Assembly: GCA_040755995.1 (NCBI GenBank)
Contig: JBFMAF010000041.1
Span: 32,001 to 96,000, forward strand
Length of the DNA: 64,000 nt
Source: Acidobacteriota bacterium
Lineage (GTDB): Bacteria; Acidobacteriota; CAIWXX01
Reading direction: 5' to 3'
Below the pieces are notes generated by a model, which saw only the letters and a list, made by a program, of their open reading frames with translations, ran no database searches and was not told the DNA's origin. This document shows, one piece after another, positions 1-9,909 of the stretch. The position numbers and the translations under genes were made by a program. Numbering within the stretch: position 1 is the stretch's first letter; the number at the start of each line of letters is the position of its first letter.

Positions 1-1
1 T

Positions 2-805
2 TTGCTGGCGGGACTGGGGCGATCGAGCTTCGGACAGCACGAGACGCGCGAATTATCTACAGGTGTAGAAAATACCGGTTCCTCCAAGCCGTACGAATTC
101 GGCGACACCCTGTCGATCGACACCCCGTCGACGGTGCTGGCGGCCGTCAAGCGCAACGGTATCGGCGTGCCCGTCGACATCGACTACCCGGATCTGCATG
201 TTCACCAGTGCGAGTACCGGAGCTCCTGTGCGACCGTGCTGATGCTCGACTGCAGCCACAGCATGATCCTCTATGGGGAGGACCGCTTCACACCGGCCAA
301 GCGGGTGGCGCTGGCCCTCACGCAGCTCATCCGCACGCAGTATCCGGGCGATCGCCTGCACCTGGTGCTGTTTCACGACAGCGCCGAGGAAGTGCCGCTC
401 TCGCAGCTTGCCCGCGTTCGCGTCGGCCCGTTTTACACGAACACGGCCGAGGGCCTGCGGGTCGCGCGCCGCATCCTCGCGCGCGAGCGAACAGACATGC
501 GCGAGATCGTGATGATCACCGACGGGAAACCGTCGGCGCTCACGCTCGATGACGGGCGCATCTACAAGAACCCGATGGGGCTGGACCCGCTGGTGATGGA
601 TCGCACGTTCGCCGAGGTCTCTGCATGCCGTCGCGCCGGCATCCTGATCAACACCTTCATGCTTGCGCGCGACTGGCTGCTGGTGTCGTTCGTGAAGAAG
701 GTGACCGAGATGGTCCGCGGGAAGGCTTACTTCACGACCCCCTCTCTGCTGGGACAGTACGTTCTGCTAGACTACCTGAACCGCCGCACGAAAACGATCC
801 ACTGA
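2..805 (+). CDS. VWA domain protein (5' truncated by window edge)
   Basis: MIDAS motif LMLDCSHSM, later TNT and MITDG; frame is open from the window edge. Confidence 0.85.
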   Translation: MLAGLGRSSFGQHETRELSTGVENTGSSKPYEFGDTLSIDTPSTVLAAVKRNGIGVPVDIDYPDLHVHQCEYRSSCATVLMLDCSHSMILYGEDRFTPAKRVALALTQLIRTQYPGDRLHLVLFHDSAEEVPLSQLARVRVGPFYTNTAEGLRVARRILARERTDMREIVMITDGKPSALTLDDGRIYKNPMGLDPLVMDRTFAEVSACRRAGILINTFMLARDWLLVSFVKKVTEMVRGKAYFTTPSLLGQYVLLDYLNRRTKTIH

Positions 806-1069
806 ACGCTGAGGTATCCCCGTTCTCGGGGCTTCAGGGGGCGAACTTGACGCAGAATCCAGGCCGGATCGCTGATCCCTGGGACTCCCATAGGTCCCAG
901 GCCTCGCTCGCAGGTGGAGGGGCGCGCGGAGGAGGGAACGATCCGTTCTTCGACGGCGCAGATAGGGCGCAACCCCGACCCCGAGGATTGTTGTTGTTCG
1001 TTCGCGGCTGGTGCGCTATATCTATATCATTGTTGATGAGCAGTGGTGGATATGCATAGCCGGAGGAAC

Positions 1070-1225
1070 ATGCCAGAGCGACAGAGACGGGGCGCGCTCA
1101 ATCAAGAGTGGGTCGCGATGAAACAGGAGGTTGCACGCAGCATGACACCGGCGGAGAGGCTCCACCGCTCACTGGAACTTTCTGATTTCGTCCGCAAGTT
1201 GAAGCAATGTTCGAAGAAGCGCTGA
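1070..1225 (+). CDS. small helical protein, putative antitoxin partner of the downstream nucleotidyltransferase (MenA1-like)
   Basis: GGAGGA immediately before ATG 1070; 51 aa with SMTPAERLHRSLELSDF; overlaps the next gene. Confidence 0.6.
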   Translation: MPERQRRGALNQEWVAMKQEVARSMTPAERLHRSLELSDFVRKLKQCSKKR

Positions 1226-1755
1226 TCGATATTCACGGCCGGCTCGAGACGGCAAGGTCTCATGCCTTGCTCGATGACTGCATGCTCGTCGGCGCGTTGG
1301 CTGTTGGCACGTGGGGAACGCCGCGCAGCACGGATGACATCGACTTCGCGGCCGTATCGAGTGACCCGGCGAAGCTCGCCGAATTCCTCGGAGGCGAGTA
1401 CAAAGTCGGCGGGCCGGATGATCCTCTGCGCGGCGTTATCCACACGTCTGCGGGTGGCGTCCTCGTGCAATTGGTTCTCCTACCTCAGCGCCTGAATCAG
1501 GTTGTCTTCGCAGATCGGGATGTAATCGACCTCGCCGGGCATCAGGTTCCAATAGTGTCGTGGCGCTCGCTCGTCATGTTGAAGCTCTATGCCGGCGCCC
1601 CCCAAGATCAGATCGACGCGAAGGGGATTCTTGATATCCAGAAGCCGTCCGCAGAGGATCTTCGAAAACTCAAACAGATCGCAGCGTCACTCAGGCTCAC
1701 ACAGGATTTCGAGGCGATCACGAGGACCTTGCCGGGTCACAAGTCCCGGCTCTGA
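1207..1755 (+). CDS. nucleotidyltransferase, DUF6036/AbiEii/MenT1-like putative toxin
   Basis: LVGALAV...PRSTDDID pol-beta-type motif and C-terminal LKLYAGAPQDQID motif. Confidence 0.8.
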   Translation: MFEEALIDIHGRLETARSHALLDDCMLVGALAVGTWGTPRSTDDIDFAAVSSDPAKLAEFLGGEYKVGGPDDPLRGVIHTSAGGVLVQLVLLPQRLNQVVFADRDVIDLAGHQVPIVSWRSLVMLKLYAGAPQDQIDAKGILDIQKPSAEDLRKLKQIAASLRLTQDFEAITRTLPGHKSRL

Positions 1756-1960
1756 GCGGGATTCTGCTTCCGGATCCACGACCGTGTAAAGACCGATCGC
1801 GGCGCGAATGCGCCCTGTTGCTCAGGCGCTCGCGAGATGCGCACGACGGCGATCGGCTGTTCATCGCAGGAACGGGGCGGGAGTCGACTCGCGGCAGCAT
1901 CATGGCTAGGCGGCGCGAGCCCGGCCGCCGCGAATCAGCCAGGCTGTGAACCCAGGCGCG

Positions 1961-3160
1961 TCACTTCACCTGGAACGCGAAAGGACGGCTCTTCTGTCCG
2001 GCCACCGTGACGACGACGTTGACCCAGCCTTTGCGGACAGACGGGATGACGACCACAAGCTGCGATGTGCTCGCCTTCTTGATCGTCGTGACCTTCTTCT
2101 TTCCGAAGTAGACCGTGTTGGCAGACTTGGTGGCCGAGAAGCCACTTCCCCGGATGGTCGCGTTCTTGCCGGGCTTGCTGGTCTTGCTCTTGATCGAAGT
2201 GATGGCCGGGACGATCGAGCGGACGAGCCGGAGCCCGAAGGTGATCACTGCATTGGCTGGCAGGGTGCCGCCTCGAAAGTAAGAGGTCAGACCGCTTGGC
2301 GTGTAGAGGAATGATCCTGAACGCACGACTCTGATCACGCCGTTTCCGGGACCGGTGTAGTCAGTCTGACTCGCTGATGGATAGTCGCCGTACCAGTCCC
2401 AGCACCATTCCTGGACACTTCCGTGCACATCCTGAAGATTCCACGGATTGGCCAGTCTCGTGCCGGCAGGATTCAGGGAGAATCCCGAGTTCGCGCAGAA
2501 CCAGGCTACCGATTCGAGCGCCGGCAGGAGCCCTGGCGTGCAGCCGCTGCAACTGGCGGCGCCATAGGCGGGCTCGTTGACCGAGAATGCCCCGGTTGTG
2601 CCGGCGCGGGTGAAGTGCTCCCATTCGCCCTCAGTCGGCAACCGGTAACCGTTGGCGGCGAAGCTGCAATAGATCGTGTCATTGCCGGCATAGTTGGAGG
2701 CGTCGATTGGCACGGCCATGCTAGCGTCGGTGTAATAGCATCTTGTCAGTCCCTGCTGCAGTGAAAGCAGGTTGGCGCATAGCACCGCCGCATGCCACGA
2801 AACCTGGTCCACGGGGTCCGCAGCTCCGACCGTCGAGGGAGAAGCCGCAGGCAACGTGGGCTGGAGGGCTCGCAAATTGTCCCACATCTGCTGCGTAACC
2901 TCCGTCTGCATCACCGCGAGGTTCCTGGTAAGAACATGCTGGAACTGGAATGCCGGCTGCACAAGGCACGGATCGCCGCCCGGATAGCCCTGCAGATATC
3001 CCCCGGCTCCCGTTGCTGGTACGTACCTGAGATTCCCGACGATTGTGTCCACCGCGTACAGGTCGCCCGCATTCTGCGCGGCCGCCAACCCTGCAGCACA
3101 CAGAACCCCGAACGCTGACAAGAACAATGAAAACCCCCTGAATCGTTCACCCCTGGTCAT
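1961..3160 (-). CDS. secreted formylglycine-generating-enzyme (SUMF1, C-type lectin fold) domain protein with C-terminal IPT/TIG domain
   Basis: signal peptide; TEVTQ, YRLPTEGEWE, NPWNLQDVHGSVQEWCWD and GLRLVR motifs; GGAGG before ATG 3160. Confidence 0.85.
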   Translation of the reverse strand: MTRGERFRGFSLFLSAFGVLCAAGLAAAQNAGDLYAVDTIVGNLRYVPATGAGGYLQGYPGGDPCLVQPAFQFQHVLTRNLAVMQTEVTQQMWDNLRALQPTLPAASPSTVGAADPVDQVSWHAAVLCANLLSLQQGLTRCYYTDASMAVPIDASNYAGNDTIYCSFAANGYRLPTEGEWEHFTRAGTTGAFSVNEPAYGAASCSGCTPGLLPALESVAWFCANSGFSLNPAGTRLANPWNLQDVHGSVQEWCWDWYGDYPSASQTDYTGPGNGVIRVVRSGSFLYTPSGLTSYFRGGTLPANAVITFGLRLVRSIVPAITSIKSKTSKPGKNATIRGSGFSATKSANTVYFGKKKVTTIKKASTSQLVVVIPSVRKGWVNVVVTVAGQKSRPFAFQVK

Positions 3161-3571
3161 GCTTGTGCCTCCTTCCCAGGAATTCCGTTCCTCCACCTAT
3201 GAGAACGAGAATAGGGTCTGTGGACCGCCACGATATTTGTGGGACTACAGCACCTTCCGGAATGTCAATACGCTCCGAGGTTCCTGCGAAGTCAACAAGA
3301 GCCAAAGGATGAACAGAGAACCGCGGTGGACCATCAGTTCCCGTATCACGGGATCGTCGTCGGCGCTCAGTCTGTGATCGAAATCACTCACCGGCCGGCG
3401 GTTCCCGGCGCGATGTGATGCCGGGCACTCACGGGCGCGCGTTTCCGGCCGAGAACCCTCGTAGAAGCGATGGGGAACAGAAACAGCCAAGTACGCCGCG
3501 GCCCGGCAGCCGTGCCCAGGGGGGTGGGCGGCAGCTCGGGCGGTGCGGCTCTCGGGAAAGGGAGGCAAAGG

Positions 3572-5335
3572 ATGGACCGCCGACTCGCTACTGGACTTGT
3601 TTGTTCGCTCACGATCGTGCTGGGCGCCGGCGCGGCCTTCGGCAGCCCGCGAGGCACTGTCCCGGAGAAGATCCGGTACTTCGAGCGCGTTGCGACGCCC
3701 GTCTCAGCGGCTCCATTCGAGGCGGGGAGGGGAGGTTCTGACCGCAGTTTCTCGATACAGATGTTCGGGCGCGAATTCGATCTGCGCCTGGAACCCAACG
3801 ACCTGTTCGAGCCCGGTGCCCGGAATCTCTGGATCGGGCGCGACGGAACGCGTTCTGAGGAGCCGAAACCGATGTTCTATCGGGGTGTCGTCGCGGGAGA
3901 CGCGGGATCATGGATCCGTGTGAGCCTGACCGGCTCCGTCCTGGACGGACTGATCCGCACGAACGACGATGTCTATTTCGTCGAACCGGCCGCCAGGTAC
4001 TTCACCGGAGAGGACGCGAAGGGGATGGTCGCCTACCGTCTCTCGGATACTGAGTCCGATTGGGATGCCGGAAGTTGTGCGCTGGACGATCCTGATGTTG
4101 CGGCTCGTTTGACTGTTGGTGACCACAGCCGCAGCGGCGCAGCCGGCCACCATGCGAATCACTCTTTCGCGCCGATGTCCGCACTGACTACCTACAAGCG
4201 TTGCCAGCTCGTCGTCGTCGGCGACTACGAGCTGTACCTGGCGAAGGGAAGCGGCGCCATCTCGTACATGCAGAACATCATCAACCAGGTCGACGGGATC
4301 TACCGTTCGGAGCTGGGCGTGGCCCTGAGCATCTCACAAAGCATCGCGTACACGATCTCGGGCGATCCGTTCACGAGCTCGACGAATCCCGAAACGCTGC
4401 TGGACGACGCATCCGCTTTCCACAGCACCTATGGATACGGCACCTACGGCGCCGACCTGACACATCTCTTCACCGGGAGAGACTTGGACGGCTCGACGAT
4501 CGGCATCGCCTGGATCGACGTGCTATGCCATACCTATTATGGCGCCGGGCTTTCGCAAGCGTATTCGACCGACAACCGGTCCCTGGTATTGCTTACCGCT
4601 CACGAGCTCGGTCACAACTTCAGCGCCTACCACGATAACCAGGGCGGCTCGCCGTGCGCCGGAACCCCGTTCGGCTACATCATGAATCCATGGGTAAGCA
4701 CGTCGCTAGCCTACCAATTCTCGGTCTGCAGCCTGTCATACGTCCAGCCGGCGGTGGCGAGCGCGAGCTGCTTCGACACAGTAACCGTATCCGGTAATGA
4801 TGCTCCCGTGGCCAATGCTGGCAGCGATCAGTCGGTGGGTGTCGGCGCCGGTGTCACGTTGAACGGCGCGGGAAGCTACGACCCCAATGGCGATCCGATT
4901 GCATACAGCTGGGCCCAGATCGGTGGAATGGCCGTCGCTCTGGCGGGCGCTTCCAGCAGCGCGGCGAGCTTCACGGCACCGGGCGTCAGCGGCACACTTA
5001 CGTTCAGGCTTACAGTGAGCGACGGCTCGCTGACCTCCTCTGACGACGTTTCCGTCAACGTCGCCGCGACCCCGTCGGGCGCCCCGGTGATCTCATCGAT
5101 CACCAGCAGGCGCGGCCGCCCAGGCAGCCCCGCCACGGTACGTGGCAGCGGGTTCTCATACGACGCGTCACGGATCCAGGTCTACGTCGGTGGGTATCAC
5201 GCGCGTGTCACAAGCGCCACACCGACTTCGATCGGGATCAGGATTCCGAGGAGTCTCCGGCGCCGCTCGACCGTACCTGTCTACGTCGTTGTGGACGGCA
5301 CCTGGAGCGACCCCTACTTCTTCACGCTGAGGTAG
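3572..5335 (+). CDS. secreted M12B (reprolysin-like) zinc metalloprotease with PKD-like and C-terminal IPT/TIG domains
   Basis: signal peptide, prodomain, HELGHNFSAYH zinc motif, YIMNP Met-turn, PVANAGSDQ PKD-like motif; GGAGG RBS. Confidence 0.88.
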   Translation: MDRRLATGLVCSLTIVLGAGAAFGSPRGTVPEKIRYFERVATPVSAAPFEAGRGGSDRSFSIQMFGREFDLRLEPNDLFEPGARNLWIGRDGTRSEEPKPMFYRGVVAGDAGSWIRVSLTGSVLDGLIRTNDDVYFVEPAARYFTGEDAKGMVAYRLSDTESDWDAGSCALDDPDVAARLTVGDHSRSGAAGHHANHSFAPMSALTTYKRCQLVVVGDYELYLAKGSGAISYMQNIINQVDGIYRSELGVALSISQSIAYTISGDPFTSSTNPETLLDDASAFHSTYGYGTYGADLTHLFTGRDLDGSTIGIAWIDVLCHTYYGAGLSQAYSTDNRSLVLLTAHELGHNFSAYHDNQGGSPCAGTPFGYIMNPWVSTSLAYQFSVCSLSYVQPAVASASCFDTVTVSGNDAPVANAGSDQSVGVGAGVTLNGAGSYDPNGDPIAYSWAQIGGMAVALAGASSSAASFTAPGVSGTLTFRLTVSDGSLTSSDDVSVNVAATPSGAPVISSITSRRGRPGSPATVRGSGFSYDASRIQVYVGGYHARVTSATPTSIGIRIPRSLRRRSTVPVYVVVDGTWSDPYFFTLR

Positions 5336-5363
5336 ATGCAGAAGATACTTCGGCGCCAATCAC

Positions 5364-5400
5364 CACGGGCCCCGGATCGAGAGATCCTGGGCCCGTCGTG
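5364..5400 (+). terminator. GC-rich hairpin after the metalloprotease gene
   Basis: CACGGGCCC CGGATC gaga GATCC TGGGCCCGT; no clear U-tract. Confidence 0.4.
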
Positions 5401-5485
5401 CATAGTCGAGACTTGCTTCCATCACGCCCTCAGCCTACCTTGAGACTTCGTGTCTTGTCGACCACACCTTCCGCGGGAATGCGGC

Positions 5486-5833
5486 CTACCGGGCCGATAC
5501 CTGCGTGGCCTGGCCGGGCGAGCGCCTGGATGCAAACTGGAAGTCCGCCAGACCCGTTTCGTGGTCGCCGTTGTTAGGATCTTCGGCCGAGACAACCAGA
5601 CTGTAGGTGCCCGGAGCCAGCTCCGGAAAGCGGATGCTGAACAGCATTTCCGCCGCCCCACCCGGATCGGTGCTCAAGCCGACCAGCTCGGCGCTCGGCT
5701 GCCCTGCGGCCTCGCCCGTCCGGCTTCGCACCTGCCATGTGAGCCGCACGAGCGGCCGGCCGGTGGCGGCGCCCCCAGGACCGCCGCACGGAGCAGGTTG
5801 ACTGATCTCATTGGGAACTCTCCCCGTGAAGGA
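5486..5833 (-). pseudogene. probable remnant: C-terminal Ig-like domain of a VWA/GWxTD-type protein
   Basis: VRLTWQV...FSIRFPELAPGTYSLVVSAEDP resembles the C-terminus of 18182..20311 (IRWQIV...FKLTLPPQLRHGPYQLRVAATD); upstream in-frame TGA at 5834-5836. Confidence 0.4.
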
Positions 5834-5982
5834 TCACAATCGGATGGTGCCACTTGAGGTTGGTGAAGTCAAGGCGGCTTTATCGCGCGGTTCCCACCCG
5901 TGCGCTTTCGCGTTCACGAAGGTGTCCCGGGTACGGGTACGCGGCCGTGGTGTCAATCCGCAGACCCGCTGTGCACCCTCGG

Positions 5983-6011
5983 TTGACACGACCGAACCTC
6001 GGGCTTACAGT
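5983..6011 (+). promoter_or_regulatory. sigma70-type promoter for the tricorn protease gene
   Basis: TTGACA-17 nt-TACAGT. Confidence 0.6.
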
Positions 6012-6065
6012 TCAGCGGTGATCGAGCGACAGTTGCCGCTGTTGTCACTTCCAAGAGGAGGCTCT

Positions 6066-9000
6066 GTGCGGAGAATCTGCAATTTGTGTCTCGTTTTCGT
6101 TCTGTCAACGGTGCCCGGCTGGGCAGGCGACTCAGACCTGGCCCGGCTGCTCCGATACCCCGCCATTTCCACCGATAAGATCGCTTTCGTATATGCAGGG
6201 GACATCTGGATCGTCGATGCCTCCGGCGGAGTGGCCCGCCAGCTCACGTCGCACCCCGGTGAAGAGCTTTTCCCGCGCTTCTCGCCCGATGGCAGGTGGA
6301 TCGCCTTCACCGGCGAGTATAGTGGAACAGAGCAGGTGTATGTGATCAGCGTAGATGGCGGCACGCCGCGCCAGCTCACTTTCTACAACGACGTCGGCGA
6401 GCTGCCGCCTCGCGGCGGCGTCGACAACCAGGTCATGGGCTGGACTCTCGACGGAAAGTCCGTGCTCTTCGCGGCGCATCGCGCGCCGTGGAGCGATCGG
6501 ATCGGCCGGCCGTACCTGGTGCCTGTGGCTGGCGGCATGGAGGCGCCGTTGCCGATGCTCTCGGGTTCGGGCTGCTCATACTCCCCCGACGGCACGCGAA
6601 TGGCGTTCACGCCGTACATGCGCGAGTTCCGCACGTGGAAGCGATACAAGGGCGGGCAGGCGCAGGACGTCTGGATATACGATCTGCAGAAAAGCACTGC
6701 CGAGCAAATCACCGACTACCCCGGAACAGATAACCTGCCCGTGTGGATCGGCGATTCGATCTATTTCACTTCCGACCGCGGGTCCATTCAGAAGCTGAAT
6801 CTGTGGTCCTATGACACGAAGACGCGCGAAACGCGCCAGGTCACGAATCATGACAGGTATGACGTGCTCTGGCCGAGCGGCGGGCCGGGCGGCGTGGTTT
6901 ACGACAATGGCGGCTATATCTGGCGATACGATCCGCCGACCGGCAAGACCGCGATGGTACCCATCCGGCTCTTCGGCGACTTCCCGCAGACCCTGCCGTA
7001 TTTCAAGAACCTGAAGGAGGATATCCAGAACTTCGACATCTCGCCGAACGCGAAGCGGGCCCTGTTCGAGGCACGCGGCGAGATATTCACTGTGCCGGCC
7101 AAGGAGGGTGAGCCGCGGAATCTCACGAATACGCAGAGCGTTCGCGAGATTCAGCCATGCTGGTCTCCGAACGGCGACTGGATCGCGTATTTGTCAGACA
7201 GGACCGGCGAGTACGAGATCTATGTTCGGAAGAGCGACGGCTCCGGCGATGAGCGGCGTGTTACGACCGACGGTGACATCTGGCGATTCCAGCCTGTCTG
7301 GTCTCCCGATTCCAGGTACCTAGCATATGGCGATAAGAAGCAGCGGCTGCGATACGTCGATGTCACAAACGGGAAGAGTACCGAAATCGACCACGGTGTC
7401 CTCTCTGATCTAACCTACTACAACTGGTCGCCGGACAGCCGGTTCATCGTCTACCCAAAGGAAGCCGCAACACGCCTCCCGTCGATCTGGGTCTATTCGC
7501 TCGCGGACGGAAAGACGCATCAGCTCACGTCGGGCACCAGCAGCGATTTCGAGCCGGTCTTCGATCCGCAGGGCCGGTATCTCTATTTCTTGTCCAATCG
7601 CGATTACAACCTGACGTTCAGCGGCTTTGAATTCAGCTACGTCTATACGCAGCCGACCAGGATCTACGCCGGGCTGCTTGCCAGGGACGGACCGGCTCTT
7701 TTTCCGCCGGAGAGCGACGAGCAGACGACGTCCGCTGCGAAGGGCAAAGACAAGCCGGCGGCAGGCGAGAAGGCGGCGGGCGCCGAGGACAAGACCAGGT
7801 CTGGGAAGGCTCCGCCCGTCGTCGTGAAGATCGACTTCGATGGCTTCGAGAGCAGGATACGCGCTATCCCGGGGCCGTCAGGCGACTACCGCAACCTCGC
7901 CGCAACCGAAAAGGCGATTTTCTACGTCGCGGGCGAGGACGACAAGGTGCAGCTGAAGATGTTCAGCCTGGAAGACAAGAAGGAGCAGACGGTGCTTGAG
8001 GGGGTGGGCGTCTATCGTCTGTCGCAGGACGGCAAGAGACTCCTATTTCAGAAGGGCGGCGACTACGGCATCGTCGACGCTGCTGCGAACCAGAAGACCG
8101 ATGAGGCCATGCTGCCGCTGGGCAAGCTAGAGATGAAGATCGATCCCAAGGCAGAGTGGGCGGAGATGTACGTCGACGCATGGCGCATCCTGCGGGACTG
8201 GTACTACGACCCGGGCATGAACGGTGTCGACTGGAAGGAGGTGCGCGAGCGATACGGCGAGCTGGTGCCGTACGTGGCCGATCGACACGACCTCGACTAC
8301 ATCTTCGGCGAAGTGGCAGGTGAGATCTCGTCCGGCCACGTCTACGTCGCGGCCGCGCCCCACGGCGGTGTGAAGCGTGTTGAAGGCGGCCTGCTCGGAG
8401 CCGACGTCCAGCCCGATCCCTCCGGCTACTATCGCGTGGCGAAGATATTCCCCGGAGAGAACTGGGAGAAGGATTTCCGGTCGCCGCTGACCGAACCGGG
8501 TGTGGCGGTGCGCGAGGGCGATCTGATCCTGGCTGTGGACGGCACCCCGACGAAGGGAGTCGACAACTTCTATCGCCTGATGGAAGGCAAGGGTGACTCA
8601 GTGGTTACACTGCTGGTCAACTCCAAGCCGGATGCGTCGACCGCACACAAGGAACGCGTTCGAACCGTCAAGAAGGAGACAGACCTGCGATACCTCGACT
8701 GGGTTCAAGCTACACGCCGCCGCGTAGATGAAGCGTCGGGGGGACGAATCGGGTACATCCACCTGCCGGACACTGCAGTCGCGGGGAACCGCGAGCTCTT
8801 CAAGGGATTCTACTCTCAGTCGACCAAGGAAGCGCTGATCCTGGATGACCGCTGGAACGGCGGCGGCTTCATCCCGAATGAGATGATCGAACTGCTGCGC
8901 CGCCCGGTGCTCAATTTCTGGGCGACGCGCGGCCTCGAGCCCGTCTCGACCCCGGGCTTCGCCATCACCGGTCCCAAGGTCTGTCTGATCAACGGCCTGG

Positions 9001-9347
9001 CGGGATCGGGCGGCGATGCCTTCCCTTACTACTTCCGTGAGTTGGGCCTCGGTCAATTGATAGGCACACGGACCTGGGGCGGTCTAATTGGATTGTCAGG
9101 AAGTCCTTCGCTTCTGGATGGCGGCGCGATACTGGCTCCCACGTTCCGTTTCTTCGACACACATGGCATGTGGGCCGTGGAGGGCATCGGTGTGGCGCCG
9201 GACATCGAGGTCGTGGATCGGCCGGACCTCATGGCGCAGGGGCGTGATCCCAGCCTGGAAAAGGGCATCGAGGTGCTGCTTGATCAGCTGAAGAAGAATC
9301 CGCCGAAGAAGATCGTCGTCCCGGCCGCTCCGGGCGGCCCGAAGTGA
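6066..9347 (+). CDS. tricorn protease homolog (S41 family; beta-propellers, PDZ, catalytic domain)
   Basis: LLRYPAIS N-terminus, PD40-type repeats, IGYIHLPD, DDRWNGGG, AGSGGD catalytic Ser, GTRTWGGLIG; GAGGAGG before GTG 6066. Confidence 0.95.
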   Translation: MRRICNLCLVFVLSTVPGWAGDSDLARLLRYPAISTDKIAFVYAGDIWIVDASGGVARQLTSHPGEELFPRFSPDGRWIAFTGEYSGTEQVYVISVDGGTPRQLTFYNDVGELPPRGGVDNQVMGWTLDGKSVLFAAHRAPWSDRIGRPYLVPVAGGMEAPLPMLSGSGCSYSPDGTRMAFTPYMREFRTWKRYKGGQAQDVWIYDLQKSTAEQITDYPGTDNLPVWIGDSIYFTSDRGSIQKLNLWSYDTKTRETRQVTNHDRYDVLWPSGGPGGVVYDNGGYIWRYDPPTGKTAMVPIRLFGDFPQTLPYFKNLKEDIQNFDISPNAKRALFEARGEIFTVPAKEGEPRNLTNTQSVREIQPCWSPNGDWIAYLSDRTGEYEIYVRKSDGSGDERRVTTDGDIWRFQPVWSPDSRYLAYGDKKQRLRYVDVTNGKSTEIDHGVLSDLTYYNWSPDSRFIVYPKEAATRLPSIWVYSLADGKTHQLTSGTSSDFEPVFDPQGRYLYFLSNRDYNLTFSGFEFSYVYTQPTRIYAGLLARDGPALFPPESDEQTTSAAKGKDKPAAGEKAAGAEDKTRSGKAPPVVVKIDFDGFESRIRAIPGPSGDYRNLAATEKAIFYVAGEDDKVQLKMFSLEDKKEQTVLEGVGVYRLSQDGKRLLFQKGGDYGIVDAAANQKTDEAMLPLGKLEMKIDPKAEWAEMYVDAWRILRDWYYDPGMNGVDWKEVRERYGELVPYVADRHDLDYIFGEVAGEISSGHVYVAAAPHGGVKRVEGGLLGADVQPDPSGYYRVAKIFPGENWEKDFRSPLTEPGVAVREGDLILAVDGTPTKGVDNFYRLMEGKGDSVVTLLVNSKPDASTAHKERVRTVKKETDLRYLDWVQATRRRVDEASGGRIGYIHLPDTAVAGNRELFKGFYSQSTKEALILDDRWNGGGFIPNEMIELLRRPVLNFWATRGLEPVSTPGFAITGPKVCLINGLAGSGGDAFPYYFRELGLGQLIGTRTWGGLIGLSGSPSLLDGGAILAPTFRFFDTHGMWAVEGIGVAPDIEVVDRPDLMAQGRDPSLEKGIEVLLDQLKKNPPKKIVVPAAPGGPK

Positions 9348-9407
9348 GCCGGGGTTGGCACGCTAGCCCGCTCCACCCAAAGATGCGGCGGCTGATCGTT
9401 CACGCCG

Positions 9408-9580
9408 ACGTGCGCGGATGCCGGCTGAATCAGGGGTTCAAGCGAGGGGTTCGGATTTCCGGATGGTGCCCTGCTTCCGATCGTCCAACGCTTGTTGGTG
9501 ACCCGGACAACCACCCAGGGGCAGTGGGGTCCTCCGAACCCCCCGCTCTCACCCGTTCATAAGAGCGGTAATCGCACATG
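9408..9580. other. long imperfect hairpin (attC-like relic or structured ncRNA)
   Basis: AGCGAGGGGTTCGGA pairs with TCCGAACCCCCCGCT, with nested stems inside and further pairing outside. Confidence 0.45.
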
Positions 9581-9909
9581 CGACGCCTATTGCTAATCAG
9601 TCCATCACCGCCGTGTCTTCGGCAGCTTCGGGTGCCGTCATGAGTCGTCTCATCGCTTTCACGCTTCGCCATCCACGTGACATGCGGATTCGATGCCAGG
9701 CGCAAGCTGCTGATTTTGCGACATCTCGTGGGTGGCTGCGTCGTCAAACGCAGCAGCACCTGGTGGATTTCGCACACCCCGTGGGTTCGCGCCTGAGAGG
9801 GGCCGGCCCGCCTGCCGGATGTCCCGGTCTGTTTGGCCTATCCGGTTGTGAACTTCTGGAAGTAGACCCAGGCGCACGTCGCCGGTTGCGCTCGGGCCGT
9901 GCCGCGCTC

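Noticed and set aside
2210..2340. FGE-domain C-terminal segment as a DGR variable region
   Set aside because: Codons show no NNC bias, the segment is followed by an IPT domain, and no template repeat is visible
3405..3470. c-di-GMP-II riboswitch-like GATG...GGGCACT upstream of the protease
   Set aside because: The downstream GTGCAACC element and pairing are absent
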